A stretch of DNA of 64,000 bases from Eledone cirrhosa (GCA_964016885.1 OZ024743.1:34658001-34722000); one strand, 5' to 3'; shown: positions 28,943 to 43,594, numbered from the stretch's first letter. Notes: generated from the letters alone by a model not told the origin. Translations and numbers: made by a program.

Positions 28943-29368
28943 CATATATATATATATAAACATGAGAAGAATGAATACTGCGTGGTTGCACATGGGTTAC
29001 ATATGATAAAAATAGTCCTTCATCAGTGATTTTCCAACCTTCATTGGTATTTCATCGCTTTAAAAATATGGCTAAATAAAGCTATATATATATATATATA
29101 AACGGAAAAAATGAAACGATATTTCATTTCCCACTCTTAGTACGGCTGTTACTTAAATATAAGTATGTACACGTACATACATATATGTATACAGACGTAC
29201 AATAGTATGTATATATATATATATACATACATGCACACATATATATATGCACGTATGGATTCACCGAACATTTATTATAATGCTCGGTGTGTTTGTAAAC
29301 AAACATCCCGTATTAAGCCGTAGTGTCTAGCAACCACCGTTGCTCGTTTGTTCAACACTGACAAAGGA

Positions 29369-29411
29369 ACGCTGTACTAGTTTCAAGCTTGTTAGCTATC
29401 GTCAGCAACGT
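29369..29411 (-). ncRNA. Minimal type I hammerhead ribozyme (family D)
   Basis: Reverse complement of 30127-30169. Confidence 0.75.
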
Positions 29412-30126
29412 ATACCTTCCTGCCAGATTGTTGAACGTATATACTTACCTTATGCATATTAACGGCTGAGTAGCCCAATTTGCATATCGAGTGGGTTAAT
29501 CGGCCGAGTGCACCGAAAACGATAAACGGAAAAAATGAAACGATATTTCATTTCCCACTCTTAGTACGGCTGTTACTTAAATATAAGTATGTACACGTAC
29601 ATACATATATGTATACCGACGTACAGTAGTATATATATATATATATACATACATGCACACATATATATATGCACGTATGGATTCACCGAACATTTATTAT
29701 AATGCTCGGTGTGTTTGTAAACAAACGTTCCTTTGTAAACAAAGCGTTCCTTTGTCAGTGTTGAACAAACGAGCAACGGTGGTTGCTAGACACTACGGCT
29801 TAATACGGGATTATTGTTTACAAAAACACCGAGCATTATAATAAATGTTCGGTGAATCCATACGTGCATATATATATGTGTGCATGTATGTATATATATA
29901 TATACATACTACTGTACGTCGGTATACATATATGTATGTACGTGTACATACTTATATTTAAGTAACAGCCGTACTAAGAGTGGGAAATGAAATATCGTTT
30001 CATTTTTTCCGTTTATCGTTTTCGGTGCACCCGGCCGATTAACCCACTCGATATGCAAATTGGGCTACTCAGCCGTTAATATTCATAAGGTAAGTATATA
30101 CGTTCAACAATCTGGCAGGAAGGTAT

Positions 30127-30169
30127 ACGTTGCTGACGATAGCTAACAAGCTTGAAACTAGTACAGCGT
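30127..30169 (+). ncRNA. Minimal type I hammerhead ribozyme (family D)
   Basis: ACGUUG-CUGACGA-u-agcu aaca agcu-u-GAAAC-ua-GUA^CAGCGU; 6-bp stem I; palindromic stem III ACUAGU; predicted cut after 30163. Confidence 0.8.
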
Positions 30170-30548
30170 TCCTTTGTCAGTGTTGAACAAACGAGCAACG
30201 GTGGTTGCTAGACACTACGGCTTAATACGGGATTATTGTTTACAAAAACACCGAGCATTATAATAAATGTTCGGTGAATCCATACGTGCATATATATATG
30301 TGTGCATGTATGTATATATATATATACATACTACTGTACGTCGGTATACATATATGTATGTACGTGTACATACTTATATTTAAGTAACAGCCGTACTAAG
30401 AGTGGGAAATGAAATATCGTTTCATTTTTTCCGTTTATCGTTTTCGGTGCACCCGGCCGATTAACCCACTCGATATGCAAATTGGGCTACTCAGCCGTTA
30501 ATATTCATAAGGTAAGTATATACGTTCAACAATCTGGCAGGAAGGTAT

Positions 30549-30591
30549 ACGTTGCTGACGATAGCTAACAAGCTTGAAACTAGTACAGCGT
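30549..30591 (+). ncRNA. Minimal type I hammerhead ribozyme (family D)
   Basis: Identical to 30127-30169. Confidence 0.8.
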
Positions 30592-30798
30592 TCCTTTGTC
30601 AGTGTTGAACAAACGAGCAACGGTGGTTGCTAGACACTACGGCTTAATACGGGATGTTTGTTTACAAACACACCGAGCATTATAATAAATGTTCGGTGAA
30701 TCCATACGTGCATATATATATGTGTGCATGTATGTATATATATATATATATACATACTACTGTACGTCGGTATACATATATGTATGTACGTGTACATA

Positions 30799-30906
<108 letters not shown>

Positions 30907-31040
30907 AGGAAAGAACCAGATAAAACAAGTTAGACCATACTTAACAGAATATTCGATACTTGGGATAGTAGCGTATGGCTATATTATAACGAGTCGAGCT
31001 AGTTCCAGGTCTGGGACTAGCTGTTGATATGGCCCTTCAC

Positions 31041-31340
31041 TTCAAATCCCGCCGACGTTAGCTTTGCCTTTCATCCTTACGGGGTCGATAAAATAAAATA
31101 CCAGTAATGTACCGGGATAACTGGTGGCCTTGTGCCAAAAATAGAAACAATTATTTCTATATATAGGCGGCGAATTGACAGAGTCGTTAAATCGTCAGAT
31201 AGATTGCTTTATCGTATTCGATCCGGCTCTCTACTCTCTCAGTTCAACAACCCCCCCCCCCCCCCCCTCGTGGTCAACTTTGCCTTTCATCCTTCGAGGT
31301 TGATAAAAAAAGTACCAGTCTGGTACTCGGGTGATTTATT
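31041..31340 (+). mobile_element. 5'-truncated S1 SINE followed by an older related SINE
   Basis: S1 tail at 31153; ggcggcgaattgac head and tttcatccttcgaggttgataaaa core follow. Confidence 0.75.
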
Positions 31341-31584
31341 CCTCTATATCTCTTTCTCATTCCCCTCTCTCTCTCACTTTCAATCTTTATCTGGAAGAAA
31401 TCTGCTGTACTCAGGCCTGGAGAGGGATGGGCTCCGCCAGGCATAAAATGCCCAAGTAACGCCACATGTCAATACGGCGCCCCACGACTCTGTCAGGAGT
31501 TACGAGACCATACATACATAAACATATATATCTATGTATATATATAAATTGGATAAATTTTGACTGACTATTCTTCAATATATA

Positions 31585-31637
<53 letters not shown>

Positions 31638-31671
31638 TCCATTTGTATTATGTATATATATATATATATAT

Positions 31672-31814
31672 AACGAAGGAAATGTGGTAAGGAACCAGGT
31701 GGACCATAACTCACCAAAGTACTCAATACTTAGGGTAGTAGAGTGGGTAATAGGAACGAGTCCAGAATTAGCCGTCGAAACGGCTTGAGCTCAGCTGTCG
31801 GGGTCCTACTCGTT

Positions 31815-31849
<35 letters not shown>

Positions 31850-32026
31850 CGGAAGAAATGTGGTAAGGAACCAGGTGGACCATAACGCACCAAAGTACTC
31901 AATACTTAGGGTAGTAGAGTGGGTAATAGGAACGAGTAGGACCCCGACGGCTGAGCTCAAGCCGTTTCGACGGCTAATTCTGGACGTCGAAACGGCTTGA
32001 GCTCAGCCGTCGGGGTCCTACTCGTT

Positions 32027-32030
<4 letters not shown>
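31672..32030. mobile_element. Two family A elements separated by (TA)n
   Basis: 31672-31818 and 31848-32030; each has an antisense arm followed by a sense arm ending ttccta(ta)n. Confidence 0.85.
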
Positions 32031-32073
<43 letters not shown>

Positions 32074-32486
32074 CAAACAAACAAAACTTCTTTGAAATGT
32101 TACACACCCGTACACTTATAAACACATATACGCGCACGCATGTCCATATGCATCCATATACATACACACCAATAATTTATTCTCACGATCCAAACATTCA
32201 CAAACATGCTTACACATGTATGCTTACATCATCCAGTCACACACGCATCAGCACACAAATACTTCTGCATACACTCATCCACATATTTATGTTTAAATTA
32301 CATAGATACAAGCAACTCTCATAGAGAGGAAACATAGATAGATCTACATACGGAGTGACATGAAAACACAGACGGATTTTCAAAGAAACATTCTCATGCA
32401 ACGCATATACGCGTAGACCCAAGCTGAGAATAACACCGACCTGATCACACGTACGAATGCACTCAAACTTATATGCATGTGTAGTT

Positions 32487-32557
<71 letters not shown>

Positions 32558-32876
32558 CGACTCGCAAACAACACTCAATCACATACCTACTCATATACGT
32601 GCACGCGAACGGAGAAACAACACACAGACACAAACATATACCCACATACACATAAACATACGTACACATACACACACAAATATATACTCTCTCTCTCTTT
32701 CTCTCTCTCTCTCTCACTCTCTCTCATGCACTCTCTCTCTCTCTCTCTCTACCTTTCTCTCCCCCCCCCTCTCTATCTCTCCCCCCCCTCTCTCTCTCTC
32801 TCTAACGTTAACGTTTTCGGGGCAACTTGCATGCTCCAAAGTATTATACACAAACATTCTCAATCACACATGCACA

Positions 32877-32915
<39 letters not shown>

Positions 32916-33446
32916 ACACACACACACACTCACACACATACACTCATACTCACACACACACACTCATGCACACACACATGCACGCACGCACACAAAAACA
33001 CACACAAATACATATAAAAACGCGCATACGCTCATGCAGTCGCATACGCTCTGGTGTAGGCGCAGCAAACGTTAATATTTGCAGCGCGATTTGCTTGATT
33101 TAGAGTTAGTAAACAAAAAGATTAGCTAGGACTTAAAAAAGGATAACAAAAGTAGAAGCAATCAAAGATAGAAACACACAAGATGACATGGTACACATGA
33201 TTCTCGTTTGTCAACTGGTCCTAATCTGGCAGTTGGAAGACAAAGCAACGTCTTAATCTCCCTGTCACACTTTAATGGCGTCTGTGAGGCGGTATGTATG
33301 TGTGAGTGTGTGCGTGTGTGTGTGTGTATGTTTATGTGTGTGTGCGTGTCTATGTGTGTGTGCGCGTCTGTGTGTGTGTCTGTGTGTGTCTATGTGTGTG
33401 TGTCTGTGTGTCTGTGTATGTGTCTGTGTGTGTGTGTGTGTCTATG

Positions 33447-33482
<36 letters not shown>

Positions 33483-33502
33483 CATATGTGTGTCTGTGTG
33501 TG

Positions 33503-33535
<33 letters not shown>

Positions 33536-33710
33536 CTGTGTGTATAAATGTACATATGGGTGGATATAGCATTGATTCAGCATTGATTTGATGGGAGGGT
33601 TGTTTTACTACATAAAAGAAGGGCGGGGTAGCGTAGAAACCTTTGCCGATTCGTCACCAATGTTACTTGGGAGAGTTCCAAACATTTGGGATTTTATTAA
33701 TTTGAGTCAA

Positions 33711-34374
33711 GGGCGATGAATTGGCGCATAGAGTTACGGCCCTTGCCATTCTGAGTTCAAATCCCGCCGAGGTTAACTTTGCTTTTCATCCTTACGGATC
33801 AATAAAATAAAGTACCAGTAATGTAGTGGGATAATTGCTGGACTTGTGCCAATAGTAGAAACAATTAATTCGAGTTCTTGCTGCTTTTGTTATTGTTGTT
33901 GTCCCCATTGTGGTACTTGCCATTGTTATTGTTAAGGGCGGTGGATTAGAAGAATCTGTAGAGTGTCGGACAAAATGATTTGCAGCATTTAGTTACGGCC
34001 CTTTACAAGAAAGACCCCGCCGAGTTCAACTTCGCCGTTCATCCATTCCAGGTAAAATATAGTACCAGTTACATATTGGCTCATATAATTGACTTTTTTC
34101 CATCCTACAAACTGGGGTCGTTTTAGTCGATTTCCCCTCCCCCGAAATTTGTTGGCCTCGTGCCTACAGTAGAAACTATTATCATTATTTTGGATTAGCT
34201 GTATCAGTAGAGGGTCGAAAGCCATGCTTTGCAGAAAAGAGTTACGGTCTTTGTCATTCTGAGTTCAAATCCCGTCGAGGTTAACTTTGCTTTCAACCTT
34301 ACGGGGTCGATGAAATAAAGTACCAGTAATGTACTGGGTAATTGCTGGCCTTGTGCCAAAAGTAGAAATAATTA
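33711..34374 (+). mobile_element. Cluster of three related SINEs (S1 33711-33867, older 33935-34180, S1 34191-34374)
   Basis: Shared core and gtagaaac/aatta tails. Confidence 0.8.
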
Positions 34375-34737
34375 TTATTATTGCAGTTGTTGTAACTGTT
34401 GCTGTTGTGGCAGTAGTTGTCCACTACTACTACTACTACTACAATATCGAATTCTGCATTTCCTTAAGAACATAATGTTCTCAAATATCAATAAACAAAC
34501 TTCTTGTCCCCGTCAACTTACATAGATACACATGAAAATAGAACACAAAATATCCCCTTCCCTTCCCTCTCTGTCTATCTCTGTCTGCAAAATTGTAAAC
34601 TTTTATGGGTCAAAGAGATATGGGGTCAAGCCAGCCGAGTCTCCTTCAAATCTCAACCTTCCCTTTTGAAACAGAGAACACATTGAATAATGTGTTTATA
34701 GAAATATGAAATAAGAAAAGAAGATAGTTCGATCGCG

Positions 34738-34955
34738 ACTGGGATGCCTTTGACCACACCCTGGCTCGGTAAGAGTTAAACAAAGCATTGGATACTTCTG
34801 GTGTCCCGAGCCCAAGGACCACCTCCATACACACCGCCATCGGCACGGGGTTAGCTACCCGCAAGCTACTCGCGAGCTGGAATGGCTCTTCCGCCGCATT
34901 TCTCTCACCATCTTTTGGGGTAACGCCTTCTTTCGTCTGTCCATCGCGTGGGGTC
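34738..34955 (+). pseudogene. CRE-like non-LTR retrotransposon RLE-domain remnant
   Basis: Across frames: WDAFDHTLA, ALDTSGVPSPRT..IG..LA, ELEWLFRRISLTIFWGNA, resembling the CRE-type WDxTxxDTLA / AxETxG / LxQRxSxAIQRGNA motifs. Confidence 0.6.
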
Positions 34956-35417
34956 CCATTTGCATATAATAGTGAGGGATGTGAAGAGCATGAGAAATGG
35001 CGCCAGTGACAGTGGGAGTTTGGTTCCATTGTGTTCGGACTTAGTGTGTATGTATATATTTATATACCACACCACATATATACAACAACATTATATGCCT
35101 TTCTTCCTGCAATTAATACATTTGACATATCGATGTTTGTGTGTCTAAGTATGTTAGGCGGCGAATCGGCTGAGACGTGAGAGCTTCGGATAACACGCCT
35201 TGATATTTCTTCCGGCTCTTTGTGTTCCGAGTTCAACTTGCCTATTCGTCTTTTCGGGTGAGGTTTTGCAGTATTTGATTCCATCTGAGTTAAACCCATC
35301 TATTTATGTCAAGAGTTGCGACAAGTAGATAGTATCAGGAGTGGAAAGACCAATAGAAACATACTTTCTTTGATCGAATCTGATTATCGACTCATTTTCT
35401 TAAATTATCGCACTTGT

Positions 35418-35468
<51 letters not shown>

Positions 35469-35737
35469 GAGACGAAGCTAGTTGAATATACAAATATATA
35501 TATAGAGACAGACACACTCACATATATATCCAGGTAGAAGTTCAAGTAGAGTCCGGGTAAAGTCTACATATATATGTGTGTGTACATATATATATACACA
35601 TACACATACACATACATATACTGTGAGAGGGAGAGAGTAAGATAGAAAGTGAGTGCTACATAGAGAGCGATTCATGATGACGTGTATAGAGAGTTGCTTG
35701 AGACAGATATTGACGACTGTAGATCTTTGCTTATGAA

Positions 35738-35805
<68 letters not shown>

Positions 35806-36387
35806 AAATAGCTTTCTATGACAGAGATATTGTATTGTGTTACAGTATGGTTTCCGTTAGATTAAGAGAATCCTAGAGGCGTCAGATTTGGTGGGTAGGA
35901 AAGGGATGATGTAGGCGATTGGAGTGAATCTGAATGTATCATCAACAAGAAACCTTCTTCCCACCTCCCGAAATGATAAAGATACAGATGTACCAAGAAA
36001 AGAGGGAAATTACCCAAGATGCCATCTCTGTGAAAACAAAATAGCTTTGGTAAAGGAAAATTCTTTACTCTCTACATTAATTATATTTCATTATGTTAGG
36101 AATCACTTACTACCACCAAAACAACTTGTCACCCATACCCTTTCTATTCCAAATGAACAACTATTATTTGGAATAAGCTAAACACACGGAAATCGCTTCA
36201 TAGCAACCTTTGACACCTCTCAACTCCAATATCCCTTCTTCATACTTTTGCCTTAAAAAAACGGATTGTTTTCTTCATACTAATAAGTATTTGTCACTAA
36301 AGAAACACGTGGAGAATTTACAGGTGTTGTTGCTAGAAGTATGACTCAAGTAAATATAAACACTTAGTTTTCAATTATAAGACAGCG

Positions 36388-36610
36388 CTAATAATAATTC
36401 TTTCTAGCATTGGCGCAAGGCCAGCAATTTGGGGGAAGAGGAATGTCGATTATATCAACACCAGTACTTAAATAGTACTTTATTTTATCGACCCCGGGAG
36501 GAAGAAAGGCGAAGCTGACCTCGGTGAGATTTGAACTTAGACCATAGAAAGTCGTAACTAAATTCTGCAAAGTATTTTGTCCGACGTTCTACCAATACCG
36601 CAAATCCACA
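36388..36610 (-). mobile_element. Older SINE related to S1
   Basis: tactttattttatcgaccc, gatttgaact and caaggccagcaattt motifs. Confidence 0.75.
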
Positions 36611-37256
36611 TCTCTACACAGTGTTAATGATAATGTACACTAATGCATTAATAAGTCATGAAGCCGACATTCCCTTCAATCCACCATTAATCTATTCATC
36701 AATCTCGTCTTGGTGAACATATATCCTCAACATAGCAAAGACTGCAGCACAAAGTATGGACTAAAAAACTACTAACTCTGCAGCTCAAAGGAGACACACA
36801 ATAGAGTACTACTCTGGCATCTGTGAAGGAGAAACATTTGCAAATACTAACATCTTTGACTGCATTTTTTTTAAAAATGCCACTCGATTAATCTCATCTT
36901 TCTGCCTTTCACAGTAACGATAGTGACCTCCGCTTCTCCAATCTTGATAACATCGTGACATCTCTAGTCAAGCACTTCTAATTCTCTTGTCATTCTCCTT
37001 ATCATCCCTCTGGAGTCTTTGTCAATGCCATGAAGTCATAGTCTTTACATCCTAGTACGTTGACCTTCTGGAATTCCATACTTGTTCCTACAACCGTTGG
37101 CTCGCAAATGTTCAAAAGAAACGCCAGCCATTTTTATCTCATCGGTCTTTGAGGGCTTGCGATTGTTGTAGACACAACCCCTCCTCCAAGTTTATCCCTA
37201 AAAACCACGAACCATCTGTCAGCTTGTTGTTTATGTTGTTATTATTATCATAAATT

Positions 37257-37540
37257 GCGGGGTCGATAAAATAAAGTACCAGTAATGTACTGGATAATTG
37301 CTGGCTTTGTGCCAAAATTAGAAACAATTATTATAAATTTGCAGACTTGTTAGAGTGTGGGACATAATACCTTGTAGAATTGTTATGGCTCTTTACTTTC
37401 TGAATTTAAATCCCGCTGAGGTTAACTTTACCTTTTATCCTTCTTGGGTCGATAAAATAAAGAACCAGTTATGCACTGGGTCGTTATAATTGACCTTACC
37501 TTTCCCTCAAATTGTTGGCCTTGTGACAAAATTAGAAATC
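37257..37540 (+). mobile_element. S1 3' fragment followed by an older SINE
   Basis: Shared core and tail motifs. Confidence 0.7.
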
Positions 37541-37559
37541 ATTTTATTGTTGATGGTGT

Positions 37560-38410
37560 TGGGTTATGGTGATGCTGGATGTTGTTGGTGGTGGTGGGGG
37601 TGGTTGTGGTGTGGTGGTGGTGGTGGTGATGACGCTGGTGGTGGTGCTGGTGCTGGTGGTGGTGCTGGTGGTGATGCTGGTGGTGATGCTGGTTGTAGTG
37701 GTGGTGGTGGTGGTGCTGGTGCTGGTGCTGGTGATGGTGCTGGTGCTGGTTGTAGTGGTGGTGGTGGTGGTGGTAGTGCTGCTGCTGCTGGTTGTAGTGG
37801 GGGTGGAGTGGTGGTGGTGCTGATGGTGGTGCTGGTGGTTGTGCTGGTGCTGGTGCTGGTGGTGATGGTGGTGGTTGTGGTGGCGGCGGCGGCGGCGGTG
37901 GCGGTTGCGGTGGTGGTTGTGGTGTGATGGTGGTGGCGCTGGTGGTGGTGGTAGCGGCGCTGGCGGTTTCGGTGGTGGTGGTTGGCGGTGGTGGTTGTGG
38001 TGTGGTGGTGGCGGTGGAGATGATTTTGTTGTCAATAATAGAGGAATTTGTTATGTTGTTATGGATGGTAGATGTAGTTGGATGGTAGATGTAGTTGGAT
38101 GGTATGATGTAGTTGGATGGTATGATGTAGCTGGATGGTATGATGTAGCTGGATGGTATGATGTAGCTGGATGGTATGATGTAGCTGGATGTTATTGTTG
38201 AGCTGCAGGTTAGCTCCAGTAAAGCAGACAGACGTATGATCAAAGGATAATCAGGCGCAACTGGCCTTTGATCGTAGCTCTCTCTCTCTCCTCCGTAATA
38301 GAGTACTCCAAATAACATCAATCAAATGTGTCGTTTTATAAGATTTGAGTGAGATTTAGCTGCTGTTTCTAGCAGGTCGAGTGACTACATACAAACTACC
38401 CTATGCTGAA

Positions 38411-38442
<32 letters not shown>

Positions 38443-39500
38443 TTGGTAGTGGTGATGGTAGAGGTGGTGCTGATGCTGGTGGTGGTGGTGGTCGTGGTGG
38501 TGGTGGTGGTTTTGGTGGTGGTGGTGATGGTGGTGGTGGTGGTGGTGGTGGTGGTGGTGAAGGTAGTGGTGGTGCTGGTGCTGGTGCTGCTGCTGGTGGT
38601 GGTGGTGGTGGTGATGGTAGTGGTGGTGCTGGTGCTGGTGCTGGTGCTGGTGATGGTGGTGGTGGTGGTGATGGTAGTGGTGGTGGTGGTGGTGGTGGTG
38701 GTGATGGCAGCGGCGGTGGTGGTGCTGGTGGTGAAGGTAGTGGTGGTGCTGGTGCTGGTGCTGGTGCTGCTGCTGCTGCTGCTGGTGATGGTAGTGGTGG
38801 TGCTGGTGCTGGTGATGGTGATGGTGGTGTTGGTGGTGTTGTGGTGCTGGTTGTGGTGGTGGTGGTGCTGGTGGTGCTGGTTGTGGTGGTGGTGGTGGTT
38901 GTGGTGGTGGTGCTGGTGGTGCTGGTGATGGTGATGGTGGTGGTGGTGGTGGTGGTGTTGTGGTGCTGGTTGTGGTGGTGGTGGTGCTGGTGATGCTGGT
39001 TGTGGTGGTGGTGGTGGTTGTGGTGGTGGTGCTGGTGGTGCTGGTGATGGTGATGGTGGTGGTGGTGGTGGTGTTGTGGTGCTGGTTGTGGTGGTGGTGG
39101 TGCTGGTGGTGCTGGTTGTGGTGGTGGTGGTGGTTGTGGTGGTGGTGCTGGTGGTGCTGGTGGTGCTGGTTGTGGTGGTAGTGGTGGTGGTGGCGGTGGT
39201 GGTGATGGTAGTGGTGGTGCTGGTGCTGGTGGTGCTGGTGATGGTGGTGGTGGTGGTGCTGGTGCTGGTGCTGGTGCTGGTTGTGGTGGTGCTGGTGGTG
39301 GTGCTGGTGGTGCTGGTGGTGCTGGTGGTGCTGCTGGTGGTTGTGGTCGTGGTGCTGGTGGTGCTGGTGGTGCTGGTGGTGGTTGTGGTGGTGGTTGTGG
39401 TTGTGGTGCTGGTGGTAGTGCCGGTGGTGCTGGTGGTGGTGGTGGTGGTGGTGGTGGTGGTGGCGGTAGTTATGTTGGTACTGGTGGATGTAGAAATGGT
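37560..39500. repeat. (GGT)n/(GCTGGT)n tracts with an 18-bp tandem repeat at ~38075-38190
   Basis: Direct reading; a non-repetitive spacer lies at ~38200-38410. Confidence 0.9.
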
Positions 39501-39965
39501 GGTGATGTTAGATTTGCTGTTGTTACTGTTATTATTGTTGCTACAGTTGGTGGTAGTTATTGTAGGTAATGATAGTGGCTATGGCGGCATTTGATAGCAG
39601 AACAAGTGGAGCTGGTAGAAATTTATTTTCAGAAGATTTATTCCCCGAAATATCTCTTGTTGGCAATGTTCTGAATTCTATGTGTTTATGCCTTACCTTC
39701 TTCCCATCTTGGCTTCCTTCCCTGCCCTGACGACTTAATTTAACTACCTTGCTAACTATTAACACTTTTCTGAAATTGCCGCTGAAATTGCCTGTGAAAT
39801 TGCCTCGAAAGCTATCCAGTCGAATTTCCAAGCTGACAATAAAATTACACATAAAGTTTTATTTGTTCTCATGCGACAATGATCAAGAAATTGCCTGTTA
39901 GATTTCAATTGAGTATATGGAGTTACTGGTAAGTTAAAACTGTTGCTTGTTAAGACGTTGTGAAG

Positions 39966-40170
39966 ACGCGTGGCTTAGTGTTTAGGGTGTCCGAATCACG
40001 AATGTAAGGTCGTGAGTTCGATTCCAGGCGGTGCATTGTCTCCTTGAATAAGATACTATATCTCACGTTGTTCCAGTCCACTCAGCAAGAAAATAAAATG
40101 AGCTGTACTTATAATTCAAAGGACCAATCATATCTCGCAGTGTCACAGGAATCTCACTGAGAACTTACCT
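39966..40170 (+). mobile_element. tRNA-derived SINE (family S2)
   Basis: A-box-like tggcttagtgtttagg and B-box gagttcgattcc. Confidence 0.75.
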
Positions 40171-40210
<40 letters not shown>

Positions 40211-40215
<5 letters not shown>

Positions 40216-40625
40216 AAATATTTCGTATCTCCAAAGAAATACGGTTTTAGGAAGCCGTAGCTATGCAAACACCGGGGGGCTAATGCCCTCTGGTGATGTC
40301 CAACAGAAGCAGGGGGGACAACCGTCTATGCATCTTCTAGTCCAGCAGTCGCAAGCGGTGGGAGGGACCGTCCTGACGAAGGCCAGTTAAGCCTGAATTT
40401 CATAGACGGTTGTCCCCCTTGCTTCTGCTGGACATCACCAGAGGGCGATAGCCACGCGGTGTTTGCATAACTACCGTATTTCTTTGGAGATACGAAATAT
40501 TTATACATATTGTATAAAGCTATGCTTGAAGCGAAATAGTATTTCTTTTTTATTTTAAGTTGAGCCAACTTATGCAGCTTCATATGCAAATGAGATTAAT
40601 CACCTCATTTACACAGACGAGAAAA
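40211..40625. mobile_element. HHR-bearing family F, head-to-head between (TA)n tracts
   Basis: 40211-40330 is the inverted homolog of 40401-40507. Confidence 0.8.
40366..40411 (+). ncRNA. Type I hammerhead ribozyme (family F), one core A missing
   Basis: GACCGUC-CUGACGA-AGGC caguuaa GCCU-GAA(A)U-uuc-AUA^GACGGUU; 7-bp stem I. Confidence 0.65.
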
Positions 40626-40673
<48 letters not shown>

Positions 40674-40731
40674 TGTATATATATATATATATATGGTATT
40701 AGGAGTGGTGCTCTGAAATAGCGATGTATAC

Positions 40732-40912
40732 ATGAATGTATATATAGTATATTTGGCAATATACCGTATGTTTAATTAAAAGACTGTCACTTACTTATAT
40801 TCGCCGAAAAGAAGTAAGTGACATAGTCACTACTTTAAAACTGATAGCGTATGGTCTTCTAAATGTTTTTAATTAAACATACGGTATATTGCCAAATATA
40901 TATACATTCATA
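40732..40912. repeat. Palindromic insert between (TA)n tracts
   Basis: tatatttggcaatataccgtatgtttaattaaaa / ttttaattaaacatacggtatattgccaaatata arms; internal hairpin gtcacttactt / aagtaagtgac. Confidence 0.8.
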
Positions 40913-40922
40913 TATATATATT

Positions 40923-41024
<102 letters not shown>

Positions 41025-41033
41025 AACCAGTAA

Positions 41034-41076
<43 letters not shown>

Positions 41077-41080
<4 letters not shown>

Positions 41081-41244
41081 AACCAGTAAGACCCCGACAG
41101 CTGAGCTCAAGCCGTTTCGACGTCGAAACGGCTTGAGCTCAGCTGTCGGGGTCTTACTGGTTCCTATTACCTACTCTACTACCTCAAGTATCGAGTACTT
41201 TGGTGCGTTATGGTCCACCTGGTTCCTTACCACATTTCCTTCGT

Positions 41245-41245
<1 letters not shown>
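41077..41245. mobile_element. Family A element with a perfect 90-bp palindrome
   Basis: 41077-41121 is the exact reverse complement of 41122-41166. Confidence 0.9.
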
Positions 41246-41279
<34 letters not shown>

Positions 41280-41290
41280 TTATTTATATA

Positions 41291-41372
<82 letters not shown>

Positions 41373-42332
41373 TCTACTTATATATAACCACCAATTTCTC
41401 TGTCTGTCTGTCCGACAGTGGAAACACGTGCGTAGAGAGAGAGTGAGAGTGAAAGAAAGAGACAGACTACGAGAGGGGGTAGCGGGAGAGAGAGGGGGAG
41501 AGAGAGAGTGAATAGACGCTAAAACACGTGCTACAGAAATATTACCTTCCCCTTCCTTTATAGAAACATTACCTTCCCCTCTCCACTGAATTTGGTCACT
41601 GAGGCCGAGGGAATCGCTGGTTGCTATAGAGACACCTTGTACAAGCCAGAAGTAACCAGTTCGAGGCGGTTCTGACTTGACACCATGCGAAGAAGGTTGC
41701 CATTGAATTTGTGGTTTGAAGAAGGTTGCCATTGAATTTGTGGTTGTTGCTGCTGATAATAAGGACCATTTGAAGAAGGTTGCTGCTGATGAGGTAATTT
41801 ATTAATCAGATTGCGCAGTTCCATAACCTACGTTTGATTTGTTCAATTTTTTTCTTCAATTTTTTTTGTGTTTTTTTTTTATTTCTTATTGGAAAAATAT
41901 AAATAATAAAATAAGGTTAGAAATTTAAATACAATTAAATACGATTTAATTTCCATTTCCAGCAGCCAATGTCCAGTGTTCAATTTCATAAAAAAATTGG
42001 AAATAATTCAAAAAATTGAAGTTTAACTTTTGAACATTTGTTTTGACAATAAAAAAATATTTCCTTATTCACACCTAATGGTATGATTAAAATTTCATAG
42101 GAATATTTTTTTCTAACTGCCAGTTATTTATTTTCTCCTTTTTCGTTTTAACATATATTTATTTCAAAGATTTCACCGTATAGATAACATATATATTTAT
42201 ACATGCATAAAAGACACACCGAGAGACGGTGAACATGTGGTGCCGAAAACATTTCTCATCCAAATCTCAACAATATCAGTATATACACTAGATTTGCTAG
42301 CAGAAAACCGCCCACCGGGTGTTTTCTGCTAG

Positions 42333-43437
<1,105 letters not shown>

Positions 43438-43517
43438 ACACCACACATTAATAGTTAATACAAAATTTATTTTATTTACTCCTTCTGTTGTCATAACTAA
43501 CTCCTCCCTCTACGTAT

Positions 43518-43594
<77 letters not shown>

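Noticed and set aside
30053-30060. Octamer ATGCAAAT in families D and F
   Set aside because: Several hits are expected by chance in 64 kb of AT-rich DNA.
37490-39594. Gly-rich structural protein ORFs (also the Pro-rich ORF at 44903-46045 and the GGV ORF at 56176-57303)
   Set aside because: Simple repeats with frame-breaking indels; no signal peptide or splice support.
39966-40030. tRNA gene
   Set aside because: No acceptor stem; it is a SINE head with multiple related copies.
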